DNA of 64,000 nt from an uncultured Clostridia bacterium (GTDB lineage: Bacteria > Bacillota > Clostridia > Christensenellales > UBA1242). The notes under the pieces were generated by a model. It was not told the origin of the DNA and searched no databases. It worked only from the letters and a program-made list of their open reading frames with translations. The DNA lies in contig CAKVHV010000002.1 of the NCBI GenBank assembly GCA_934754475.1, forward strand, positions 256,951 through 320,950. Reading direction: 5' to 3'. How positions within the stretch are numbered: the first letter of the stretch is position 1; each line of letters begins with the position of its first letter. A program made the translations under genes and the position numbers. Positions 17,684 to 26,856 of the stretch are shown here, piece after piece.

Positions 17684-18799
17684 TTACATTATCTCCTCAA
17701 TTGCATCAATTAAAGCATCTATTTCATCAATTGTATTGAAACCACTTAAACTAACCCTGATGCAACCAGAATATTTTTTGTCTTCCAAAAAATCATGTAC
17801 ATAAGGTGCACAGTGATATCCTGTTCTTACACAAATATCATATTGCGAAGACAATATTTTGCCAATCTCATCAGAGGTATAACCTTCAATATTAAAGGCA
17901 ACTATACCTTTGGTTTCAATATCATCTGGACAATAAATTATAACATTATCAAGCTCCTTCAATCTTCCTATTAAATAACTTGTTAGTTCATGTTTTTTTA
18001 TTGCAAAATCGCTATTAACAATGAAATCTATGCTTTTATTTAATGCATATATGGCAACTGCATTTAGGCTACCAGCTTCCATTTTTGCAGGGAGTTCTTG
18101 TGGCATGTCTAAATTTAACGAGTCAGAACCAGTTCCCCCAGTTTTAAAAACAATCAAAGGAGTGTTTGTTTTATTTATAAATCCTGCAACACCAAATACA
18201 CTGTATAAAGATTTATGACCTGCAAAAACGACAAAATCCACAAATCGCGCATCTACCTGATATGTTCCAAATCCTTGAGCAGAATCTAACACAGTAACCG
18301 CGCCATATTTTTTTGAGTACTTAAATATTTCATTGTATGGCAACTCAAAACCGGTAACATTACTAATATGACTAATAATAACAGCTTTAGGCTTGTTAAT
18401 TGCCAATTCATCATTTAATTTGTCGTAATTAACACTCCAATCTTTTTTGCTAAAAGGAATAAACTTTATTTCCACACCACATTTATGCAATGTTCTTACA
18501 ATTGAATTGTGTTCAAAAGGTGAGATATAAACCTTATCTCCCTTTTTTAAATCCAGACCATTAATTATAATATTTAACGATTCAGTTGCAGATGCTGTAA
18601 AAACTACTTGATTAGGATTTGCTCTAACAATGTTTGCAATCTTTTCTCTTGTAGCTGATATCATATTAAAAGTATCTATAGCGGCACTATAACTTCCTCT
18701 TCCTGCATTAAATGAAAATTTCTTCATTCCTTCATTTACTGCATCGTATACACATTGAGGCTTTGGAAAAGTCGTCGCCGCATTGTCAAAGTAAATCAT
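17684..18799 (-). CDS. sspA: Cysteine desulfurase (class V aminotransferase), SspA/DndA-like
   Basis: 371 aa. PLP lysine context FAGHKSLY and catalytic Cys RTGYHCAP. Confidence 0.8.
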   Translation of the reverse strand: MIYFDNAATTFPKPQCVYDAVNEGMKKFSFNAGRGSYSAAIDTFNMISATREKIANIVRANPNQVVFTASATESLNIIINGLDLKKGDKVYISPFEHNSIVRTLHKCGVEIKFIPFSKKDWSVNYDKLNDELAINKPKAVIISHISNVTGFELPYNEIFKYSKKYGAVTVLDSAQGFGTYQVDARFVDFVVFAGHKSLYSVFGVAGFINKTNTPLIVFKTGGTGSDSLNLDMPQELPAKMEAGSLNAVAIYALNKSIDFIVNSDFAIKKHELTSYLIGRLKELDNVIIYCPDDIETKGIVAFNIEGYTSDEIGKILSSQYDICVRTGYHCAPYVHDFLEDKKYSGCIRVSLSGFNTIDEIDALIDAIEEIM

Positions 18800-18808
18800 C
18801 TATTCCTC

Positions 18809-21800
18809 CTAATCAATAAGTTCATTTAAAATTCTTTTTATTATAGAAGCCTTCTCTTCATTACTTAATGATGATCCATACTCTTCTATCATTTCTGTCA
18901 AATTTGAATAAAGTGTTTTCCCGAGTTGACTAATCTCAATCATAGTTTTATTATCGTTAAAATCTTGTTTTGAAACTGAATTCTCATCGTAATTATATAC
19001 TTTATCAATAAAACTTTCTAACACTGACATAAATTCAGCTTCTCTTTGCGAATTCCAATCTTCTATTGTACAATTACATAAAGCATAAGATAACAAATTA
19101 AGTGCGTCCTTGTTGTTATACTTAATAACTTCAAATGCCTTATAAAGAGCCTTTTCTCTGTTTTCAAATATTACATTTTTAATTTGAGGATATTGAGCTT
19201 TCCAAAGGTCATATGTTGATTTTATTGAATCCATTTCAGAGCCAAATGAATTAATAACCTTAACTATAATCTCTTGTGTATATTTTTCCAATTTCTTATC
19301 ATATTCTTCTAATAATGTTTTTATATTTTTAGATACATCTTTAATTGGTGAAGACAATAATTTAGGCAATTTTACTAAAAGAGATTCGTGAATATTTAAG
19401 TTATGTTTTAAAAATTCATCTTTAAACTTTATTGCAGTTGTTGACAAACTTAAAACATTTTCAGCTTTACCTGTTTTAATAATAATTGGAGGCAGGTTTT
19501 GAACATAATTTTTTATTGCACTGACCAAATTCAAAACATTATCAGAGAAACTGTCTGATGCTTTACAATTAAATAAAGACATCAACTCATTAATCATAAG
19601 TATTTTATCGTGATTAATTTCTTCAAATGAAATATTATATTGCTTTGGATAAGCCAATGCTTTACATAGATTTAATGCATTCATTGGAATCTCAAGATCT
19701 CGGTTATATAAAATAATTGTTTTTATTATATCGTTGTTTATTACTAAAAGATCAGAAATCGCTTTTGCAACAAACAAAGGTATTACCCCATCTCTCATAC
19801 CGTAAGGAGCAGATTTTAACATTTCTACTAAATCATATAATTCCAGCTTATTCTTATTATTGTTTAAAAAACATTCTTTAATTTTATCAACAATCTCATA
19901 ATTTTTATCAATTGATGTTTTAAAACTATCATAGATTGTGCCTTCGGCTGAGGTAGAAGAATACTCCCCTTCTTTTTTATTTAAGATTAATTCAATTACA
20001 TTTACTCTAGCTTTATTTGTTACTGAAGATATTTCATTTTTATTAACTTGTTCATTGTTTATGATTACTGTTTTTTCGTATAACGAATTTAATGCTTGAT
20101 AAATATAGCCAGACAAAGATTTATTGTCAGGAATATTTAAAGCAAGGAGTTTTGCTTTGGAGGTAAGATCTCTTAAAAAAGAATTTATTTCTATAATCTC
20201 ATCATCCACATATTTTGGTAATGTATTTTTTGCATCTTCAGAAAGTGCCCCAGAATCAATTAATAAATTTTTAGCTGCAAATAATCTCCTTATTTTCTTA
20301 ATTGCAAATGCAGGGATCATCTTATCTATAAATCTAATAATTACATTTTTATAGCCGAGATTCTCAAGTATTTCTTTTGTTCTTTTTTGAGTAATTCCTA
20401 TATCATTTACTAAATTTATTATAAGACCATCACAAAATTCTTGATCAAAATATACATCCAATGAATTTAAATTTTCCAATACAGAAGCTTCAATATATTC
20501 AGCCCTAAAATATCTAACCATTTTATGTTCGTAATTATATTGATTTGAAACAAAATATTTTTCTTCATTAAATTCATTTAGTAATTTGCTTACAGATTCA
20601 AATCCATATTTACTATTGAAAGTATCATCCAAAAGGGTTAAAAACTGATTGTCAGTTATTACTGAAAAATCAACACTATCATCATTGATATTTCTTTTTA
20701 ATACATTTGCGTTAATTAAAGATATAATTATTTTCTTAACTTCACCTTCTGATTTATTAAGAGCTAGTGAAATGTTTTCATCACTACAAACGTACCTTAC
20801 ATTGTCATTAATAATTTTAGAAATTGCTATACATTTAATAACATCCCTTTCTTGACTTTTTATAATTGTTTTATTTAAACCATCAACTTTATAGCACAAC
20901 ATTCTATATTCAGTATTATCTTTTATTAATGGCTCAAAATAATCATATATTGCTGGAACATTTAATAACCCTGTATTGTTGTTCGCTATAAAATAATTAA
21001 AACTATTTATATCTGTATCAGACATGAAAGTAAATAAAGTTCTTTCGTTTTGAGCAACTTTCTCAGATACTTGAATCAATGCATATAAAGCAAATGGATT
21101 AAATGGATAACCATTATTAAATATATACTCCAGTTGATCGGCACTAAATAAACTTGATTTCTTATATTTTTCTAAATAGTTATTTTTTTCTAATTCTTTT
21201 GATACTAGCTCTTGATATCCTTTACTCTTTTCAATAGCAGCACAAATTATTTGATAGTTTTCTTCCATAGATCTATCAAATCTTATTTGTTTAAATCTTC
21301 CTGCTATCTTTTCGAAGCTATCTAAATGAGATCCATCAACACTATAAAGAGTTACTTCCTTGTGCGTAATACAACAAACATGCATTTGAGAATCTTTTTC
21401 AGATGTCTCACACTTTTCCGCAAAAGATTGTATTTTATTTAATTTTGAAACGAAATCGTGATCTTGGTTTTCTAACAACACACCAAATTCATCATATATA
21501 ACGAAGATTCCTGAAAATCCATATTCCTTAATTTTCTTTGAAACATCAGTATATGTTAAAGCAAAATCAGAACTTACCAATGTATTATATTGGTATCCAT
21601 GATTAACACATTTAAATAATTTTTTAAAATTCTCAAAAGCCTCTTCATCAAACTTTAATAATCCACTCTTTAATTTGTTAAAATCAATATCCAAAGAAGT
21701 TTTGCATTCCTTAAAGATGTCAAAAGATGCACTATTTTGCTTCTCCCATTCATTCACAATTTCAATTGCTTCTGAATAAGCTGAACTTGGAATAATGTTT

Positions 21801-22234
21801 TCAATTCCATGATCCACTAAAGCATTTCTTAACGATAACAAAAAATTATGATTTAAATTATCAGAATTATTATTGCTTATAATTACCGGTAAAAGGGATA
21901 TTTTATTTTTTTCCAAATATTCGATTTTCTTTGCTAGATCTTTGTTAATTTTTGATATCTTATTTATTACTTTTTTTAATAATTCCTTATTTTCTCGCTT
22001 CGATAATAAATATGTAATCATCAACATCAAATAAGATTTACCCTTACCATATGGGCCAGCTAAAAAAGTTGATTTCTTACCATTGTCGATAACAGAATCC
22101 ATGTAATAAGATATAACATCACACAAATCAGTAGTTGGAACATACTGCAATATCTTATCTTCATTATATAGATCATACTGCAAATTAACAGATGACTTAA
22201 ACTTTTTGTTAACACTCATAACTGAGTCATACAT
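18809..22234 (-). CDS. sspC: Large P-loop ATPase, SspC-like
   Basis: 1141 aa. Walker A GPYGKGKS and Walker B VIYDEFG. Positioned between the DUF4007 and cysteine desulfurase genes, as in Ssp loci. Confidence 0.6.
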   Translation of the reverse strand: MYDSVMSVNKKFKSSVNLQYDLYNEDKILQYVPTTDLCDVISYYMDSVIDNGKKSTFLAGPYGKGKSYLMLMITYLLSKRENKELLKKVINKISKINKDLAKKIEYLEKNKISLLPVIISNNNSDNLNHNFLLSLRNALVDHGIENIIPSSAYSEAIEIVNEWEKQNSASFDIFKECKTSLDIDFNKLKSGLLKFDEEAFENFKKLFKCVNHGYQYNTLVSSDFALTYTDVSKKIKEYGFSGIFVIYDEFGVLLENQDHDFVSKLNKIQSFAEKCETSEKDSQMHVCCITHKEVTLYSVDGSHLDSFEKIAGRFKQIRFDRSMEENYQIICAAIEKSKGYQELVSKELEKNNYLEKYKKSSLFSADQLEYIFNNGYPFNPFALYALIQVSEKVAQNERTLFTFMSDTDINSFNYFIANNNTGLLNVPAIYDYFEPLIKDNTEYRMLCYKVDGLNKTIIKSQERDVIKCIAISKIINDNVRYVCSDENISLALNKSEGEVKKIIISLINANVLKRNINDDSVDFSVITDNQFLTLLDDTFNSKYGFESVSKLLNEFNEEKYFVSNQYNYEHKMVRYFRAEYIEASVLENLNSLDVYFDQEFCDGLIINLVNDIGITQKRTKEILENLGYKNVIIRFIDKMIPAFAIKKIRRLFAAKNLLIDSGALSEDAKNTLPKYVDDEIIEINSFLRDLTSKAKLLALNIPDNKSLSGYIYQALNSLYEKTVIINNEQVNKNEISSVTNKARVNVIELILNKKEGEYSSTSAEGTIYDSFKTSIDKNYEIVDKIKECFLNNNKNKLELYDLVEMLKSAPYGMRDGVIPLFVAKAISDLLVINNDIIKTIILYNRDLEIPMNALNLCKALAYPKQYNISFEEINHDKILMINELMSLFNCKASDSFSDNVLNLVSAIKNYVQNLPPIIIKTGKAENVLSLSTTAIKFKDEFLKHNLNIHESLLVKLPKLLSSPIKDVSKNIKTLLEEYDKKLEKYTQEIIVKVINSFGSEMDSIKSTYDLWKAQYPQIKNVIFENREKALYKAFEVIKYNNKDALNLLSYALCNCTIEDWNSQREAEFMSVLESFIDKVYNYDENSVSKQDFNDNKTMIEISQLGKTLYSNLTEMIEEYGSSLSNEEKASIIKRILNELID

Positions 22235-22246
22235 AAGTTACTCCTC

Positions 22247-23098
22247 CTAAAAATACAATCCAAACAATTCCTCTAACGACAACATTTTATTAATATGGAT
22301 AGTATTTAATCCTGCTGTTTTGATAATTTTTAAAATGCCAGCATTTTGCATTTCTTCAAGATACAACAACAACATAGGTTTTGTTATATTAAAAATCTTC
22401 ATCGGATTATTCTCTTTATTACAAAAGTCATCCAAATTAAAATCCTCTGCTCTATTCATACATTCTATCATAACATAATAAACTACTAAATAATGCAAAG
22501 CAGAATGAGAAGGTTGATTTTTATAATATCTTTTTTTATCATCAATTTTAATTAAGTTTAATTTTCCTAACGGACAATTCATATTATTCTCTGGATTAGA
22601 TATATCATTTGATGTGTATGATCTAATAGCAATACTAACATCAGAGTCTAATGATGATTCTGCACCAATGTCATATCCATTAACTTTGAAATATTCAGTT
22701 AAATAATTTACTAGCAATTCTTTATCAAATTTAGAATAGTTGCCATTAAATATTCTATTAATTACAGGAGCATCTTTATCTTCAAGCGCATCTTTTATTC
22801 CCATTGTTAATTTTGCATGAATCATAAACCATGAAAAATTACTTTCTAAAAACTTATCATATTCGTACAATAAATTTCCAAATTCAGTTAATTCTGCAAC
22901 TTGCCCGAAATCTGCAATTCCTGTAGCTTTCAACCAATATTTTAATGATTTGCACATATTTGAACCCAACCCTAACATCCTAGGTCCATTATCTTTTCTA
23001 AAGCACTCATTATCTTCTACAATTGTATTAAGCCCCTTCTCTAACCAACCTTCACGTATCGAAAAGGTTTCATGCCTTTTTAATCTTAAGTCTTTCAT
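22247..23098 (-). CDS. sspB: DUF4007 family protein, SspB-like
   Basis: The N-terminal RHETFSIREGWLEKGL matches the DUF4007 signature as I recall it. ATG at 23098, 2 nt after the sspD stop. Confidence 0.6.
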   Translation of the reverse strand: MKDLRLKRHETFSIREGWLEKGLNTIVEDNECFRKDNGPRMLGLGSNMCKSLKYWLKATGIADFGQVAELTEFGNLLYEYDKFLESNFSWFMIHAKLTMGIKDALEDKDAPVINRIFNGNYSKFDKELLVNYLTEYFKVNGYDIGAESSLDSDVSIAIRSYTSNDISNPENNMNCPLGKLNLIKIDDKKRYYKNQPSHSALHYLVVYYVMIECMNRAEDFNLDDFCNKENNPMKIFNITKPMLLLYLEEMQNAGILKIIKTAGLNTIHINKMLSLEELFGLYF

Positions 23099-23100
23099 AT

Positions 23101-24846
23101 CTAAGACTCCTTTTTTATTTTCAACACCTTGTTCATATAACAACCATTACTAAAGTGTTTAACACACTCTAAACAACCCATACATTTATTTTCATCAATA
23201 GTATAAGATATTGTGTTGTTTGAAACATTTCCTTTTTCTTTATTAAATACTTTTATTGCACCAAATCTACAAACGGCTTCACAATAAGTACAACCAATGC
23301 AAGTTTGGTACTTATTGACTTGATTTTTAATGTACATTTCTGCTGTCTTTTTATTAGCAAAAATGCTAGATTCTCCAACAATAGCAACTTTTAATTCATT
23401 AGAACCAAAAATCCCACTAATTCGTAACATTGGCATATTTGTTTTTCGATCTAATACATAAACTTCATTTAAAGCCTTCTTTCCAATATCAAAGTTTAAT
23501 TTTCCAAAAGGTTTGAAGAATTTATATATTTCACTATCTAGAGGTTTTGTTAAGGCAAAGTTATATGTATTTTCTTCTAATGCACAAGGCTTAAATGAAA
23601 CAAGTGATTTTTTACTTATTTCTAAACCATTGCCACCTTGTCTTTTTTTCCACTCTCCATCATCAATATAAACCTTCCAATCAGGTTTACCTACTTTTTG
23701 TGCATATCTGTAAAGAATATCTCTAAACAAATTATACTTATCATTCATATATATTGCTGACAAGAACTCTGACCACGCTGAGTTGTTTGGACAACACCAA
23801 CAACCAACTCTACTAAAACCTTGTCTATATGCGTCATTAAAATCAACATTGTTTGAAATTATATATAACCAAACATCAAAATCATTCCAATCAATAATTG
23901 GGTTAACTGCAATTTGTTTTTTTATTTTTGAATCATTTGATTCTCTTTCATACTTACTTCTAGCCAATGACTCATTTCTTCTAATGCCTTGAAAGGTTAA
24001 AATGCTTTTTGCATCTTTAAAAGTTGAATCTATCTTTTTAGTAATTGCTCCTGTTTTAAAAACTGTGCAACACCATCTCAACATCCTTGATGGAGGGCCT
24101 ATTACCTCACATAAGTTATTGAAATCTTGATCTTTGTTCTTTGCTGTTAACATTGGAATTAAAGGATGTTTTTCTTTAAATCTTTTTATATAAATTTCTG
24201 ATGTCGGATATTCTAATGTTGTATCCCCATAAATATGTATAACATTTTTGCCTAAAGCATTAATAACTAAATCGCTAACAACAGTACTATCCTTTCCACC
24301 ACTGAAGCTCACAAACATCCCATCTTCTTGTTTCCCTTCTGCGCTTTTTCTAATGTAATTGATAGCCTCATGAGTAATTGAGTTTAATCTCCTTGAATTA
24401 ATCTTGATAAAGTTAATTACCCCTTGAGTATTAAAATAGTTTTCTACAAAATTTTGATTCTTGCTACGATATTTATTTAATTCGTTTATTATCTCGTCAA
24501 CATTAGACTCTTTAATAATTTTAGCATAAGACAAGTGTAATTTTTTACCATCTACAATATAACAACTTCCACCAACATTCCAAATCGAAGAATTCGCAAA
24601 CTTAAATGGCTCTTTCAATATGACTTCTAATAATAATCTTTCTTCAGGGAATACCGGTCGTAAATCAGTTCCTATGTAATTACACCTATTCCCACACTGT
24701 GTACAATGTACATAATAAGAAGGAGCTCCGCATTTTGAACACCAAAAAATTTGAGATGATAATATCTCAGTTCTCTCATTACAAATTGGGCAACTGCTTG
24801 TTTCACATTCTAAATCATTACATTTTTTACAAACATATTTAATCAC
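23101..24846 (-). CDS. sspD: PAPS reductase/PP-loop ATP pyrophosphatase family protein, SspD/DndC-like, with N-terminal Zn ribbons and C-terminal 4Fe-4S ferredoxin motifs
   Basis: PP-loop SFSGGKDS. Four N-terminal CxxC pairs. C-terminal CIGCTYCEAVC and CMGCLEC. Likely GTG start at 24846, 9 nt after AGGAGG. Confidence 0.75.
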   Translation of the reverse strand: MIKYVCKKCNDLECETSSCPICNERTEILSSQIFWCSKCGAPSYYVHCTQCGNRCNYIGTDLRPVFPEERLLLEVILKEPFKFANSSIWNVGGSCYIVDGKKLHLSYAKIIKESNVDEIINELNKYRSKNQNFVENYFNTQGVINFIKINSRRLNSITHEAINYIRKSAEGKQEDGMFVSFSGGKDSTVVSDLVINALGKNVIHIYGDTTLEYPTSEIYIKRFKEKHPLIPMLTAKNKDQDFNNLCEVIGPPSRMLRWCCTVFKTGAITKKIDSTFKDAKSILTFQGIRRNESLARSKYERESNDSKIKKQIAVNPIIDWNDFDVWLYIISNNVDFNDAYRQGFSRVGCWCCPNNSAWSEFLSAIYMNDKYNLFRDILYRYAQKVGKPDWKVYIDDGEWKKRQGGNGLEISKKSLVSFKPCALEENTYNFALTKPLDSEIYKFFKPFGKLNFDIGKKALNEVYVLDRKTNMPMLRISGIFGSNELKVAIVGESSIFANKKTAEMYIKNQVNKYQTCIGCTYCEAVCRFGAIKVFNKEKGNVSNNTISYTIDENKCMGCLECVKHFSNGCYMNKVLKIKKES

Positions 24847-24897
24847 AAACAATTACCTCCTTCATTTTATATAATAGAACTCTATAGATACAGATCC

Positions 24898-24906
24898 ATT
24901 ATACCA
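24898..24906 (-). promoter_or_regulatory. Putative extended -10 promoter (TGGTATAAT) of the ssp-like operon
   Basis: TGnTATAAT about 45 nt upstream of the sspD start on the - strand. The -35 is unclear. Confidence 0.4.
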
Positions 24907-25023
24907 TATAATTTTCGAAATTTATACAAAAATAGAAAATAAATTATATTTATTTTTAGAAAATACGTGCAGTTAGGGTTTGAAAGAGTTAAAACACACC
25001 CCAACTATTTGTGTGAGGTGTTT

Positions 25024-25161
25024 ATGGATAACAAAGTTTTAGTAGAAATGATTAGGAAAAAATATTATGAAGAAAAAATGATAGCAGAATACAAACTTCT
25101 ACTTAACAAGGTTGTAGATTTGGAAGATAAATTTCTAAAAGATTTTTCAAAAGATAAATAG
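25024..25161 (+). CDS. Possible small hypothetical protein (45 aa)
   Basis: ATG preceded by GAGGTG. Coiled-coil-like KE-rich sequence with no homology recognised. Confidence 0.2.
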   Translation: MDNKVLVEMIRKKYYEEKMIAEYKLLLNKVVDLEDKFLKDFSKDK

Positions 25162-25510
25162 AATAAATACTTTTATCAAACATAAAAAAGGTAAAATCCT
25201 CTCTATCGAAATTGACCAAATTATTGAATCTGTAATTAAAATAAAATATAATTACTTGCTTAACCCATTTTTAATCCATATTTGTTTGTCAATATTTAAA
25301 AAAATCCTATATTGTCTTCATAAAACAAACAATAAATTATCTCACATATTAACTCAAAGAATAATAATCTTAATACAATGAATTTTTTAACTTTTTATGC
25401 TTATCTATGAAAAAATGTAAATTTTATAAAATGTTAAGTATGAAAAAATGTAAATTTGATTGATTTTATTATTTTTATGTGCTATCATACATTTATCATA
25501 AGGAGTTATT

Positions 25511-26806
25511 ATGGAAAGAAAAATTTATCAAGATTTATTAAAATGGAAAAATTCTGAAGATAGAAAACCATTGGTTTTGCAAGGTGCTAGACAAGTTGGG
25601 AAAACATATATAGTAAATTTATTCGGTGCAGAAAACTATGCCAATGTTGTTTATTGCAACTTTGAAAAGGAACAAGGATTAAAAGACTTTTTTACAGACT
25701 TAGTCCCTCAAAACATATTAAAAAAATTAGGCAACTATAAAAGAAAAGAAATAATACCCTCTCACACTTTAATTATTTTTGACGAAATTCAAGCATGTCC
25801 AGAAGCTCTTACTTCTCTTAAATATTTTTGTGAAGAAGCCAACGAATATCACCTTATTGCTATGGGTTCACTACTTGGAGTTTCTGTCCATAGACAAAAA
25901 TTCTCATTCCCCGTTGGCAAGGTTGAATTTTTAAATATGTATCCTATGGACTTTGAAGAATTCTTAATGGCCAGTGACAACAAATTCCTTATCGAAGAAA
26001 TTAAAGAATGTTTTGAATCTAATAAGCCATTAGCACAACCTTTTCATGAACAGGCTCTTGAGTTATATAGAAGATACTTATATATCGGCGGCATGCCTGA
26101 AGTTGTTGAAGAATTTTTAAAAAATAAAAATTATGACTTAGTTAAAATAAAACAGCAATCAATCTTAGACTCATATTTTAATGACATGGGCAAATACAAC
26201 AAGGAATCTGAAATACCAAAAACCAAATTAGTTTACAAAAACATCAGCACTCAACTTGCCAAAGAAAATAAAAAGTTTAAATATTCTTTAATTAAAAGTG
26301 GGGGCCGAGCAAATGAATTCGCAAATGCAATTGAATGGCTTTGTTTAGCTGGAGTTGCAAATCAGTTATATAGACTTGAACAAATAAAACTCCCTCTAAA
26401 CTCATACAAATCATTAGATGACTTTAAGTTTTATATGAATGATGTTGGCTTATGTTCTGCCAGCCAAGATATTTTAATTGATGATATTTTATTTGATAAC
26501 CCTGAATTTAACGACTTTAAAGGCGGACTTACAGAAAATTATGTCAATAATCAACTTATCATAAATAAACATAATTGTTTCTATTGGATTAGTGGAAATA
26601 CTGCAGAAATAGATTTTATCACTAGACTTGGCGTAAATATTATTCCTATTGAAGTTAAATCTAGCGATAATACAAGATCTAGAAGTTTAAATGAATATGT
26701 CAACAAGTATTCTCCTGAATATTCGATTCGAATTTCATCTAAAAATTTTGGATTCGAAAATAATATTAAATCCATTCCTTTATATGCAGTATTTTGTATT
26801 AAATAA
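25511..26806 (+). CDS. AAA family ATPase with a DUF4143-type C-terminal domain
   Basis: 431 aa. Walker A GARQVGKT, Walker B IIFDEIQ. Overall layout typical of AAA_14/DUF4143 proteins. Confidence 0.75.
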   Translation: MERKIYQDLLKWKNSEDRKPLVLQGARQVGKTYIVNLFGAENYANVVYCNFEKEQGLKDFFTDLVPQNILKKLGNYKRKEIIPSHTLIIFDEIQACPEALTSLKYFCEEANEYHLIAMGSLLGVSVHRQKFSFPVGKVEFLNMYPMDFEEFLMASDNKFLIEEIKECFESNKPLAQPFHEQALELYRRYLYIGGMPEVVEEFLKNKNYDLVKIKQQSILDSYFNDMGKYNKESEIPKTKLVYKNISTQLAKENKKFKYSLIKSGGRANEFANAIEWLCLAGVANQLYRLEQIKLPLNSYKSLDDFKFYMNDVGLCSASQDILIDDILFDNPEFNDFKGGLTENYVNNQLIINKHNCFYWISGNTAEIDFITRLGVNIIPIEVKSSDNTRSRSLNEYVNKYSPEYSIRISSKNFGFENNIKSIPLYAVFCIK

Positions 26807-26856
26807 ATGTTCATTTCAAATCTTTATATTTAATATAAGGCTTTGATTATACCTAC

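Noticed and set aside
17684-24852. Classification of the modification genes as DndACDE
   Set aside because: There is no SMC-like DndD and no small DndE. The presence of a DUF4007-like protein and a very large P-loop ATPase fits Ssp rather than Dnd.
8838-25457. CRISPR array
   Set aside because: The only short repeats are a 33-mer (2 copies 2.3 kb apart, plus a degenerate third) and a 19-mer (2 copies). There is no regular repeat-spacer periodicity and no cas genes.
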